A stretch of DNA of 64,000 bases from an uncultured Gammaproteobacteria bacterium. Its GTDB lineage: Bacteria; Pseudomonadota; Gammaproteobacteria; UBA9214. Within the stretch, counting starts at the first letter, position 1. Every line of letters starts with the position of its first letter. The stretch is taken from positions 1-64,000 of the forward strand of contig CAWHCQ010000004.1 of the NCBI GenBank assembly GCA_963827755.1, written 5' to 3'. Below are positions 1 to 9,413 of this stretch, piece by piece. Both the position numbers and the translations under genes were made by a program. Under the pieces are notes generated by a model, which saw nothing but the letters and a program-made list of their open reading frames with translations, did not search any database and was not told the DNA's origin.

Positions 1-224
1 TAACCTGGTTGATTTGCTTTCCGGGTACAATGCGAGGACACTGCGCCTAGCACCTCGTCTGTCTGTACGCATGTCTCTCTTTTGCACAACTTTGACTGAA
101 CGGTCATTGTTGCCCGACATACCCGCTTCCAACGGGACACGATCAGCCTCCAGCTTTGTGCAACTACTGCTACTGGCAAAACAGGCACGACGAACCGGTT
201 GCTCTACTCATCCAGGAAAACCCC

Positions 225-407
225 ATGACTCAATTCACACAAAACGCCCAGGATACGGAGTCTTCCAGTCAATATGCCGGGATTCGCCTGCCGGGATTTG
301 CCAGGACAACGGCCCGGGCCCTTAACAAACAATTTGCTGCCCAGGGCACAAACAAGTATCTCTATAGCCTGTTTGCCGGCGGCCCGCTCACGGAAGGATC
401 TCAATGA
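225..407 (+). CDS. Possible small hypothetical protein (60 aa) upstream of hflK
   Basis: ATG at 225 after AGGA; its TGA overlaps the hflK ATG (ATGA 404-407); no recognisable motif. Confidence 0.25.
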   Translation: MTQFTQNAQDTESSSQYAGIRLPGFARTTARALNKQFAAQGTNKYLYSLFAGGPLTEGSQ

Positions 408-1465
408 CATCACAGCACGGTAACGGCGGTCAGGGTGGCCCCTGGGGCAGCGGGGGTACACCCCCCGATCTCGAGGTGCTGGTCCGGCAGGGACGTGACC
501 GCCTCGGGCAGCTGCTGCCGGGTGGCGGCTCGCGCGGCCTCATCGTCCTGGCATTGCTGGCGTTGGCCGTTCTTGGCGCATGGACGGCTTATTACACCGT
601 GCCGAGCGACTCGGTCGCTGTTGTGCAACGCTTCGGCAAGTATCTCAAGGAAGTCCCGCCGGGTCTGCATTTCAAGCTGCCACTGGGCATCGATACGGCG
701 ACCATCGTTCCCGTCAAACGGCAGTTGAAGCAGGAATTCGGGTTCACCACGCCCGGTGCCAGCGATCCCTACCAGAGTCCTCGCGACAACAACCGGCAAA
801 AGCGGGAAACCGAGATGGTGACAGGTGACCTGAACGCCGCACTGGTTGAATGGGTGGTGCAATATCGCATCTCGGACCCTGTTAAATTCCTGTTCGAGGT
901 GCGTGAGCCGAGTGAAACCCTGCGCTATGTTTCCGAATCCGTCATGCGGGAAGTTGTCGGCGATCGCACCGTGGACGAGGTCATTACCATCGGCCGCCAG
1001 GAAATCGAAACAGAAGCGCTGACCAAGATGCAGGCGCTTTCCACCAAATACGCCATGGGGATCAGCATCGATCAGGTGCAATTGAAGAACATCAATCCGC
1101 CCGGGCCGGTACAGGAATCGTTCAACGAGGTTAACCAGGCTCAGCAGGAGAAAGAGAAGCTCATTAACGAAGCCCGGCGTGATTACAACAAGGTGATCCC
1201 GCTGGCCGAGGGCGAGAAGGACCAGCGCATCCGCGAGGCCGATGGTTACCGGCTCAAACGGGTTAATGAAGCGGAAGGCGACGTCGCCCGATTCAGCGCC
1301 TTGCTGGCGGAATACCGCAAGGCCCCGGAGGTCACCCGCCGCCGCATCTATATCGAGACCCTGCAGGACGTCATGCCGGGTATACGCTCCAAGATCATTA
1401 TCGATGAACAGGCGCGCAGCATCCTGCCGCTACTGAATCTCGATGCCCGCAAGGTGGCACCATGA
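404..1465 (+). CDS. hflK: FtsH protease modulator HflK (SPFH domain)
   Basis: N-terminal GPWG..PPDLE, TM helix, SPFH motifs (VVQRFGKY, PGLHFKLP, MVTGDLN, VQYRISDP), EAEGDVARF..EYRKAPEVTRRRIYIET. Confidence 0.93.
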   Translation: MTSQHGNGGQGGPWGSGGTPPDLEVLVRQGRDRLGQLLPGGGSRGLIVLALLALAVLGAWTAYYTVPSDSVAVVQRFGKYLKEVPPGLHFKLPLGIDTATIVPVKRQLKQEFGFTTPGASDPYQSPRDNNRQKRETEMVTGDLNAALVEWVVQYRISDPVKFLFEVREPSETLRYVSESVMREVVGDRTVDEVITIGRQEIETEALTKMQALSTKYAMGISIDQVQLKNINPPGPVQESFNEVNQAQQEKEKLINEARRDYNKVIPLAEGEKDQRIREADGYRLKRVNEAEGDVARFSALLAEYRKAPEVTRRRIYIETLQDVMPGIRSKIIIDEQARSILPLLNLDARKVAP

Positions 1466-2457
1466 ACAAACAACTGGCCATGCTGGCGGCACTGGGCATC
1501 CTGGCGTACGTGCTGATGAGTTCGATCTACACGGTTAACGAAGTCGAGCAAATGATCATTACCCAGTTCGGCAAACCGGTCGGAGAACCTGTGACGTCTG
1601 CCGGCCTGAAGGTCAAGGTGCCCTTCATCCAGGAAGTCAACCCGATCGACAAGCGGGTACTCGAGTGGGACGGCAATCCGTCGGATATGCCCACCAAGGA
1701 CAAGCTCTACATCTCGGTCGATTTATTCGCCCGCTGGCGGATTACCGATCCGCTGCAGTACTTCCTGCGCCTGCGCGATGAACGCAGCGCCCAGTCCCGC
1801 CTCGACGATATCCTGGGCAGTGAGACCCGCAACGCGGTTGCCAAGCATGAGCTGATCGAGATTATTCGCACCACAAAGGATCGCGTGCCGCTGCGCGACG
1901 CGCTGTTGACGGAGGCGGAACGGGATATGGGTTCGCTGGTGCCGATCCAGAAGGGACGCAAGCTGGTCGAGCAGGAGATCTTCACCGCGGCGGCCGAAAA
2001 GGTGCGGGTGTTTGGTATCGAGTTGCTCGATATCCGCTTCAAGCGCATCAACTACAACGAAAGTGTGCGCCCGAAGATCTACGATCGCATGATCAGCGAA
2101 CGCCGCCAGATCGCGGAACGCTTCCTGTCGGAAGGCAACGGCGAGGCCGCCAGGATCCGCGGCAACCGGGTGCGCGACCTGAACAAGATCCAGTCCGAGG
2201 CCTACCGGCAGGTCGAGGAGATCCGCGGTGTGGCGGATGCCAAAGCCACCGAAATCTACGCACGGGCCTACAACCAGAGCCCCGAAGCGGTGGCGTTCTA
2301 TGAATTCACGCGCACCATGCAGTCCTACAAGTCCATTATCGCCGAAAACACGACCCTGGTGCTGTCCACGGACAGCGACCTGTTCAAATTTCTGAAAGGC
2401 ATGAGTCCGGATGGCGACAGTCCTTCGGCCCGGATGGCTGCCGGTGACCGGCGATGA
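1462..2457 (+). CDS. hflC: FtsH protease modulator HflC (SPFH domain)
   Basis: TQFGKPV, TKDK, ARWRITDPL.YF, FGIELLDIRFKRIN, IYDRMISER; ATGA overlap with hflK. Confidence 0.93.
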   Translation: MNKQLAMLAALGILAYVLMSSIYTVNEVEQMIITQFGKPVGEPVTSAGLKVKVPFIQEVNPIDKRVLEWDGNPSDMPTKDKLYISVDLFARWRITDPLQYFLRLRDERSAQSRLDDILGSETRNAVAKHELIEIIRTTKDRVPLRDALLTEAERDMGSLVPIQKGRKLVEQEIFTAAAEKVRVFGIELLDIRFKRINYNESVRPKIYDRMISERRQIAERFLSEGNGEAARIRGNRVRDLNKIQSEAYRQVEEIRGVADAKATEIYARAYNQSPEAVAFYEFTRTMQSYKSIIAENTTLVLSTDSDLFKFLKGMSPDGDSPSARMAAGDRR

Positions 2458-2723
2458 AGTTGAGCTATCCGAACCCGTGCCGCAGTTTCGATGCCAGCAG
2501 CAACCGTGTCTGCTTCTGGGGGTATGACAGCACGATCGAGATCTCATTCTTTGTGGGAATAGACGCGCTCAAACGGCTGTGTCCGGATATGGGTGACGCA
2601 GAGTCGGGGTTTCTGCAGGCATTCGATGCCGCGCTGACCCGGATCCATGAGGTTGCAGACAGGGTGTATGCACGCGGCGGCAAAGGAACTTGTGCCTACA
2701 TTCTGGCAGCAGAGGATTTTTGA
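2454..2723 (+). CDS. DUF1488-like small protein
   Basis: FWGYD..EISFFV..DAL and F....RIHEVA..Y pattern recalled from DUF1488; ATGA overlap with hflC. Confidence 0.7.
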   Translation: MKLSYPNPCRSFDASSNRVCFWGYDSTIEISFFVGIDALKRLCPDMGDAESGFLQAFDAALTRIHEVADRVYARGGKGTCAYILAAEDF

Positions 2724-2795
2724 AGTCTGGTTCGTGCGCCGCCTGTGACAGCGCGTGCACGTTTTGGCGGAGTTCCATCACGCGACTGTATATCC

Positions 2796-3455
2796 TCAAT
2801 TGACTTCTATCAGTACTTCATTGCGACGAAAAAATGGTAGCGTCCAGGGAGGATCGTATCTTGCTGAAACCGGGTCTGATACTTTTGTTAATTGCCGGCC
2901 TTGAATCCATTTCGTCAACTCCCGGGTTTTCAGATTCATTTTTTTCTCACCGGTTGAACCTGCATAAGTAATAGCGGCCATTTTTTTACCGGGAATCAAT
3001 TTCAGCTTCACAAGGGGATCAGCAGGCAGGGGCGCCGATTCCAGATCCGGAAACCCGGCCGGCAGAACAAAAGCATACACCCATCCCGAAGCGGTTCTTT
3101 CTGCAACGACCGGGGCTGTCATTTCAATTTCAACACCGACAGGCGCGTTCTGCCTCTGTGCAATCACCGGTGCGGTCATTGATATCTCCCGATCACCCTG
3201 ATTCTTTCCCGAGATATATGCAAAGAGTCTGCGAAACCCAAGACTTCCCGCTTCGTCATAATCCTTGTTATTGACCAGGGTTTCCGCTATCACATAAGGC
3301 TCATATTCACGAATCTGAATGGCACCCTCTTGCACAAGAACCTTATACCTGGCTTCTTCACCTGTACGTATACCCACTGCAGAACATCCAGTTATTAAAA
3401 AAAGAGCAGACACTGCCACCAGTGCGAGAAAAAATTTGTTCATGCGGTTTTTCAT
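2796..3455 (-). CDS. SOUL family heme-binding lipoprotein
   Basis: Lipobox ITGC; GFRRLFAYISGKN, ISMTAPV, ARYDPPWTLPFFRRNEV. Confidence 0.92.
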   Translation of the reverse strand: MKNRMNKFFLALVAVSALFLITGCSAVGIRTGEEARYKVLVQEGAIQIREYEPYVIAETLVNNKDYDEAGSLGFRRLFAYISGKNQGDREISMTAPVIAQRQNAPVGVEIEMTAPVVAERTASGWVYAFVLPAGFPDLESAPLPADPLVKLKLIPGKKMAAITYAGSTGEKKMNLKTRELTKWIQGRQLTKVSDPVSARYDPPWTLPFFRRNEVLIEVN

Positions 3456-3481
3456 TCGTCTCCAGGTCTCTGTTTAGAACA

Positions 3482-3542
3482 AAAGGGTGTCAGAGCACAT
3501 TTTCTCCTGGTATAAGCGAGAAATGTGCTCTGACACTTTTTT
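3482..3542. repeat. REP/MITE-like palindrome, family A copy 1
   Basis: Perfect 16-bp inverted repeat GTGTCAGAGCACATTT (3487-3502) / AAATGTGCTCTGACAC (3521-3536) with A and T tract flanks. Confidence 0.8.
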
Positions 3543-3552
3543 ATTTCTCATC

Positions 3553-4290
3553 TCAGGCGTCCTTCAGCCAATCCGGTAAATACCGTCGTCCGTCATTCAG
3601 GCGCTTCTCCTGTGCCCTGTAATTCGGGGCAAAGCGACTGACGAGTTGCCAGAATCGCGCCGAGTGATTCATGTGACGTGTGTGGCACAACTCGTGAATG
3701 AAGAGATAGTCGGCCAGGTCGGCGGGCACGAATAACAGGCAATAGTTGATGCTGAGCGTGCCGTTGGACGAATAGCTGCCCCAACGCGTGCGCTGACCGC
3801 GCACCTGGACCTGGCGGTACGACGTGTCCATGGCCTGCGCCCGTTGCGCAAGCCGCGGAATCAGAATCTCCCGGCCTTTGTGGCGCAGCCAGTCGCGCAG
3901 TACACGGCGGCCCATGGTGTAGTTCGCCCGCTGATACGACAGCTCCAGCCGGCCCGGCCCGGTCTCCTGCCAGCCCCTGCGTGGTGTCTTGTGCCCGTAG
4001 CTGACCGAGTATGCCTCGCCGTTGATGCGTAACGCTATGTGGTCAGGAAGAAACAACAGCGGTGGCGGCCCGGTGACGTCAAGCTCGTCACGGGCGTGCT
4101 GTATCCAGTCGCGGTGCGCCTCGACAAACTGGCGCACCGCATGGGGCCTGGTGCGTGGCGGCACGACAACTTCGACGCCCTTTGATTCGCTTACCTGAAT
4201 GCTCAGGTGACGCGCGCGTTTGCTCTCGCGAATGTGTATGTCCGGTCTGGCCTGCGGCTGCTGAAAGAGATCGAGTTGGTGGTTTGGCAT
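3553..4290 (-). CDS. YgjP/DUF45-type (M48/SprT-like) zinc metallohydrolase
   Basis: RESKRARHLSI, QRTRWGSYS, YLFIHELCH (HExxH), NHSARFW. Confidence 0.9.
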   Translation of the reverse strand: MPNHQLDLFQQPQARPDIHIRESKRARHLSIQVSESKGVEVVVPPRTRPHAVRQFVEAHRDWIQHARDELDVTGPPPLLFLPDHIALRINGEAYSVSYGHKTPRRGWQETGPGRLELSYQRANYTMGRRVLRDWLRHKGREILIPRLAQRAQAMDTSYRQVQVRGQRTRWGSYSSNGTLSINYCLLFVPADLADYLFIHELCHTRHMNHSARFWQLVSRFAPNYRAQEKRLNDGRRYLPDWLKDA

Positions 4291-4320
4291 GTTGGTGGAT
4301 TATAATCTCGCGAATAAAGG

Positions 4321-4383
4321 AATAAAGGGTGTCGGAGCACATTTTCTGCTTATATTAGAGAGAAATGTGCTCCGACACCTTTT
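4321..4383. repeat. REP/MITE-like palindrome, family A copy 2
   Basis: Perfect 17-bp inverted repeat GGTGTCGGAGCACATTT (4328-4344) / AAATGTGCTCCGACACC (4363-4379). Confidence 0.8.
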
Positions 4384-4441
4384 GTTGTAAATCCACCTTC
4401 TGGTGGGTCCATACAGACTGTCGCATACAAGGAGTAAACCA

Positions 4442-5248
4442 ATGTCCCACGGGGTTCTGCAAGGCCAACGCGCCCTCGTCACCGGCGCGAATTCAGGTAT
4501 CGGCAAAGCGGTCGCGATCGCATTCGGCGAGGCCGGTGCAAAAGTGGTCGTGAACTACATCAGCAGCGAAGAACGCGCGAACGAAGTCGTGGAAACGATA
4601 AAATCGAACGGCAGCGATGCAATGGCGATCCGGGCCGACGTGAGCAAGGAGGACCAGGTCCAGGCAATGGTCAAACAGATGATCGATGCCTGGGGCAGTA
4701 TCGACATCATGGTGGCAAACGCGGGCGTTCAGCGTGATGCGGATTTCACCGAGATGACGCTGGAAGACTGGCAGTTTGTTATCGACGTAAACCTTACCGG
4801 CCAGTTTCTGTGCGCTCGCGAGGCCGCGCGTGAATTTGTCCGCCGCGGTGTCGTCCCTGAACTGTCACATGCCGCGGGCAAGATCATTTGCATGTCGTCG
4901 GTGCACGAGGTCATCCCCTGGGCGGGCCATGTCAATTACGCCACCTCAAAAGGCGGGGTAAACATGATGATGCAGAGCATCGCCCAGGAAATGGCCGCCA
5001 AAAAGATTCGCGTCAACAGCATCGCACCGGGAGCGATCCGCACACCGATCAACACCGCCGCGTGGAGCACGCCGGAAGCAGAAGCGGAACTTCTTGAACT
5101 GATCCCCTACCAGCGTATTGGCAACCCGGAAGACATTGCCCGCGCTGCTGTGTGGCTTGCCTCGGATGATTCCGAGTACATTACCGGCACCAGTCTGTTC
5201 GTCGATGGCGGCATGACCCTGTACCCCGGTTTCAGGGAAGGCGGATGA
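4442..5248 (+). CDS. gdh: Glucose 1-dehydrogenase (SDR family)
   Basis: TGANSGIG, ANAG, SSVHEVIPW, YATSKGG (YxxxK), PGAIRTPIN, FVDGGMTLYPGF; start placed at ATG 4442 after AAGGAG. Confidence 0.88.
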   Translation: MSHGVLQGQRALVTGANSGIGKAVAIAFGEAGAKVVVNYISSEERANEVVETIKSNGSDAMAIRADVSKEDQVQAMVKQMIDAWGSIDIMVANAGVQRDADFTEMTLEDWQFVIDVNLTGQFLCAREAAREFVRRGVVPELSHAAGKIICMSSVHEVIPWAGHVNYATSKGGVNMMMQSIAQEMAAKKIRVNSIAPGAIRTPINTAAWSTPEAEAELLELIPYQRIGNPEDIARAAVWLASDDSEYITGTSLFVDGGMTLYPGFREGG

Positions 5249-5375
5249 TCCGCGCCGGCCGGGCAAATCGCGGCGCCCACTCGCCAGCCCCGGTCCGTGG
5301 CCACAGGGCTGCAAGCCCGGCGGCCTGTCTGGAACGCACATGCGTGGATGCCGGCCTCGTCTTGAATCGAAAATC

Positions 5376-8054
5376 ATGAACAAGCACAAAACCTTTGACC
5401 CCGGGCCCGGTGCAGAGCGCGAACGTCTCAATGATCGGGACTGGCAGTTATGGGGGCCGTACCTGGCCGAACGCGCCTGGGGCACGGTGCGCGAGGACTA
5501 CAGTGAAAAAGGCACGCCCTGGGAGTATTTCCCGCATGACCATGCCCGTTCCCGCGCCTATCGCTGGAGCGAAGACGGTCTCGGCGGCCTCTGTGACCTG
5601 GAGCAGCGCCTGTGCCTGGCGCTGGCGCTCTGGAATGGCCGCGACCCGATCCTGAAGGAGCGCGCATTCGGCCTGACCGGCAAGCAGGGCAACCATGGTG
5701 AGGACGTCAAGGAAGTCTATTTTTATGCCGACGCCACGCCGACGCACAGCTACCTGGACTATCGCTACTGCTACCCGCAGGCCGCCTATCCCTATGCCGG
5801 CCTGGTCGAGGAAAACCAGCGTCGTTCGCGCACAGATCCACCGTACAATCTGGTCGATACCGGCGTATTCGGGCAGGACCGCTACTGGGATGTGCGCATG
5901 GTATACGCCAAGCAATCCCCCGGCATCATCCATCTGCGCATCAGCGCGACCAATCGCGGCGACCGGCCCGATGAGATCTGGCTGCTGCCGCAACTGTGGT
6001 TTCGCAACGACTGGTCGTGGGGTGACGAGTCGCCGCGCCCGGAGATTACGCCGAACCCGGACACACCTGCCGGTCTGTGGAGTGTCATCGCCGATCACCG
6101 CAGCCTGGGGAAGCAGTACCTGTACGGTCAGGGCGAGGCTGAGCTGCTGTTCACCGAAAACGAATCCAATCACGAACGCCTGTCGGGTACGGCCAGCCCA
6201 TCGCCCTGGGTCAAGGATGCCTTTCACCGCTACCTGGTTGAGGGCGAAAGGCAGGCCGTTAACCCGGCACGGCGGGGCAGCAAGTTTGCCGCGGCCCGGC
6301 ATCTGTCTGCCGCGGCTGGCGAGACTGTCAGCATCGAACTTGTGCTGAGCGCCAGCGCCCTGGACAAGCCGTTTGCAGACAGTGCGGCCGTGTTCGAACA
6401 ACGCCGTGAAGAGGCCGGGCAGTTTTATTCCGCGCTGCTGCCAAACGCCGCACCCGAGGACCATGCCATCATGCGCCAGGCCTTTGCCGGCATGGTGTGG
6501 AGCAAACAGTTCTTCCATTTCGACGTGGAACGCTGGCTGCAGGGCGACCGCTTGCCGGCGCCGTCCAGCCGCAGAAATGGCCGCAATTCGCAGTGGAAAC
6601 ACTTCAAGTCTGCCGACATCATCTCGATGCCGGACTGCTGGGAATATCCCTGGTTTGCCTCCTGGGATCTCGCCTTCCAGGCCGCCACACTGGCGCATAT
6701 CGATCTCGATTTCGCCAAGGCGCAGATTGAACTCATGGTCAACGAACGTTATCTGCATCCGAACGGCCAGATCCCGGCCTACGAATGGGACTTCGGCGAC
6801 ACCAATCCGCCGGTGCATGCCTGGGGCGCACTGAAGGTGTTTCGTGCCTCACAGGTACAGAACGGGGAGGGCGATACCGGTTTCCTGCAGCGCGTCTTCC
6901 ACAAGCTGCTGCTCAACTTCTCCTGGTGGATCAACCGCAAGGATCACAGTGGCAACAATCTGTTCGAGGGTGGCTTTCTCGGCCTGGACAATATCTCGGT
7001 ATACGACCGCTCCCGCGACCTGCCGCCCGGCTATACGCTGAAACAGGCCGACGCCACCGGCTGGATGGCGATGTTTTCGGCAAATCTTGTTGTCATGGCG
7101 CTGGAGATCAATCGCGTTAACCGGGAATACGAGGATATCGCCATCCAGTGCTATCAGCAGTTTCTCGCCATTGCCAACACCATTGCCGGCAGTGACGACG
7201 GTGGCGTATCGCTGTGGGATTTTGACGCGGGATTTTTCAAGGACCTGCTCATCACGCCACAGGGCGAGACTCACCATATCGATGTGTATTCCTGGGTCGG
7301 ACTGATCCCTTTGTTTGCCTGCGAAGTTATCGACCAGCGCCTGCTCGAGGCCGCGCCACGCTTTCGCGAACTGCTGCGCGGGCACAAGGGTGGACTGTTT
7401 CGCGGCAATTACATCTGCGCCTGCCCCGAGTGGGAGAACGATCGCGGGGAACACCTGCTCGCCCTGGTCGATCACTCACAACTGCCGCGTATCCTGAAAC
7501 GCTTGCTGAACGAGGATGAATTCTTCTCGCCCTACGGCATCCGCAGTGTCAGCAAGGTGCATCAGCGGCATCGCGACCTGGGTGATATACCCGGACTCGG
7601 CAAGACACAGATCGAATACGTCCCCGGCGAATCCAATTCTTTCATGTTCGGCGGCAACTCGAACTGGCGCGGACCCATCTGGATGCCGACCAACTATGCG
7701 CTGATCCAGGCACTGGAGAAGTATCACCGCTTTCTCGGCGATGATTTCACGGCACCCGTGCCGCAGCTCAACGGCCAGGCACTCAATATGCGCCAGATCG
7801 CGACGATGATCGCCGACCGGCTGGTCTCGCTGTATCGGCGCGATGCGAACGGCTCTATTCCGGCGATGCGAGGCGATGCCCCGTTTGCCGGCAGTGACGA
7901 GCCCTTGTACAACTTCTACGAATATTTTCACGCCGAGAACGGCCAGGGTCTCGGCGCGGCTCACCAGACCGGCTGGACCGGCCTGCTTGCCAATCTGGTC
8001 ATGCGCGAGTATCAACGGGACATCCCGGTACGCGGCACGGGCCATGAAAAATGA
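5376..8054 (+). CDS. MGH1-like/GH63-related glucosidase
   Basis: WGPYLAERAWGTVREDYS, SMPDCWEYPWFASWDLAF, FEGGFLGLDNI, GGNSNWRGPIW, EYFHAENGQGLGAAHQTGWT. Confidence 0.88.
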   Translation: MNKHKTFDPGPGAERERLNDRDWQLWGPYLAERAWGTVREDYSEKGTPWEYFPHDHARSRAYRWSEDGLGGLCDLEQRLCLALALWNGRDPILKERAFGLTGKQGNHGEDVKEVYFYADATPTHSYLDYRYCYPQAAYPYAGLVEENQRRSRTDPPYNLVDTGVFGQDRYWDVRMVYAKQSPGIIHLRISATNRGDRPDEIWLLPQLWFRNDWSWGDESPRPEITPNPDTPAGLWSVIADHRSLGKQYLYGQGEAELLFTENESNHERLSGTASPSPWVKDAFHRYLVEGERQAVNPARRGSKFAAARHLSAAAGETVSIELVLSASALDKPFADSAAVFEQRREEAGQFYSALLPNAAPEDHAIMRQAFAGMVWSKQFFHFDVERWLQGDRLPAPSSRRNGRNSQWKHFKSADIISMPDCWEYPWFASWDLAFQAATLAHIDLDFAKAQIELMVNERYLHPNGQIPAYEWDFGDTNPPVHAWGALKVFRASQVQNGEGDTGFLQRVFHKLLLNFSWWINRKDHSGNNLFEGGFLGLDNISVYDRSRDLPPGYTLKQADATGWMAMFSANLVVMALEINRVNREYEDIAIQCYQQFLAIANTIAGSDDGGVSLWDFDAGFFKDLLITPQGETHHIDVYSWVGLIPLFACEVIDQRLLEAAPRFRELLRGHKGGLFRGNYICACPEWENDRGEHLLALVDHSQLPRILKRLLNEDEFFSPYGIRSVSKVHQRHRDLGDIPGLGKTQIEYVPGESNSFMFGGNSNWRGPIWMPTNYALIQALEKYHRFLGDDFTAPVPQLNGQALNMRQIATMIADRLVSLYRRDANGSIPAMRGDAPFAGSDEPLYNFYEYFHAENGQGLGAAHQTGWTGLLANLVMREYQRDIPVRGTGHEK

Positions 8055-9361
8055 TCATCGTGCTGATTGGGGTTTCCGGTACCGGCAAGAGCACCATCGG
8101 CAAACTCCTCGCCGGGCAACTTGGCTGGCCGTTTCTGGATGCAGACGATTTTCACCCGCCGCATAACATCACCAGGATGGCCGAAGGCCTGCCGCTTGAC
8201 GATGATGACCGCCGGCCGTGGCTGGACAGGCTGCGTGACGAACTGCATCAGTATATCGGCCGGCGCGAATCCGCCGTGCTCGCCTGCTCGGCATTAAAAC
8301 AGTCCTATCGCCGGCGCCTTGACCCCGATTCGGCCAACGTGCACTTCGTCCATTTGCAAGGCGATTACGAAGTGGTCCATGCACGCCTTGCACGGCGCAC
8401 CGGGCACTTCATGCCGGCCGGATTGCTGCGCAGCCAGTTTGCCGACCTGGAGCCTTTGACCAGCGGGTTGGTCGTCAGCGTCGACCAGACACCTGCGGCT
8501 ATTGTCGATGAGATCACAAGCGGCCTTGCACTGAAGAAGATATTACACACAACCACGATTGCCGACGGCCTGATGTTCCCCGAAGCCCCGCGCTGGCATG
8601 AGGGCGAACTGTGGTTTACCGACCAGCACGCCCGGCGCGTGCTGCGCATGCGCCCGGACGGCGGCATGACCGAAGTCATCAAGACCGCGGACCTGCCCGG
8701 CGGTCTCGGGTGGCTGCCGGATGGCACGCCACTGGTCGTGCTGATGACCGAACGGCGTGTATGCCGAATCAGGAAGGGCCGGCTTGAGGATTATGCCGAT
8801 CTGTCCGGACTCGCCGGTTTTCATTGCAACGACATGCTCGTTGACAACACGGGACGCGCATGGGTTGGCAACTTCGGCTACGACCTGCATGGCGGTGAAC
8901 CGGTCAAAGAGACCGGGATTATCCTGATTCCGGCTGACGGACCGCCGCGCATCGCGGCGCGTCACCTCATCTTCCCGAACGGCATGGCGATCACGCCCGA
9001 CGGCAACACCCTGATCGTCGCCGAGACCTTCGCCGCCCGCATCAGCGCCTTTGACATCGGCGCAGACGGTCAACTCTGTGAGCGACGTACCTGGGCTGAC
9101 CTTGATGGCGCCTGTCCCGACGGCCTGTGCCTGGCACCCGATTTGACCTTGTGGGTTGCCGCCCCGAATATCGGCCAGGTTTTGCGACTGCGCGAAGGCG
9201 GGGAAGTCCTCAGTCGTGTCATCACCAGGGGCCGCCCCTACGCCTGCATGCTAACTGGTGACGCCGGGCAGCTGTATATCACCACCTCGGAAACCGACGA
9301 CCCGCAAGAGGCAAAAACCCGGCGCAGCGGCCGCATCGAAATGACCAGGGTAGAAAAATAA
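8051..9361 (+). CDS. Gluconokinase (GntK/IdnK type) fused to SMP-30/gluconolactonase domain
   Basis: N-terminal GVSGTGKS P-loop, DADDFHP, LACSALKQSYR, HFMP..LL.SQF..LE; C-terminal FPEAPRW, CNDM, FPNGMAITPDG, PDGLC. Confidence 0.88.
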   Translation: MIIVLIGVSGTGKSTIGKLLAGQLGWPFLDADDFHPPHNITRMAEGLPLDDDDRRPWLDRLRDELHQYIGRRESAVLACSALKQSYRRRLDPDSANVHFVHLQGDYEVVHARLARRTGHFMPAGLLRSQFADLEPLTSGLVVSVDQTPAAIVDEITSGLALKKILHTTTIADGLMFPEAPRWHEGELWFTDQHARRVLRMRPDGGMTEVIKTADLPGGLGWLPDGTPLVVLMTERRVCRIRKGRLEDYADLSGLAGFHCNDMLVDNTGRAWVGNFGYDLHGGEPVKETGIILIPADGPPRIAARHLIFPNGMAITPDGNTLIVAETFAARISAFDIGADGQLCERRTWADLDGACPDGLCLAPDLTLWVAAPNIGQVLRLREGGEVLSRVITRGRPYACMLTGDAGQLYITTSETDDPQEAKTRRSGRIEMTRVEK

Positions 9362-9388
9362 AGGGTGTCTATGCACATCTTCTGCTTA
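9357..9388. repeat. Family A element, degenerate single arm (copy 3)
   Basis: AATAAAGGGTGTCtatGCACATcTTCTGCTTA matches 4321-4352 with 4 mismatches; contains the stop codon of the upstream gene. Confidence 0.7.
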
Positions 9389-9413
9389 CACTGGTTCATG
9401 ATGTAAACAGACA

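Noticed and set aside
5448-6818. 456-aa minus-strand ORF (also 1723-2547, 21676-22632, 23857-25338, 33897-34847, 42405-43349)
   Set aside because: Antisense shadows of well-supported genes in GC-rich DNA; no recognisable motifs.
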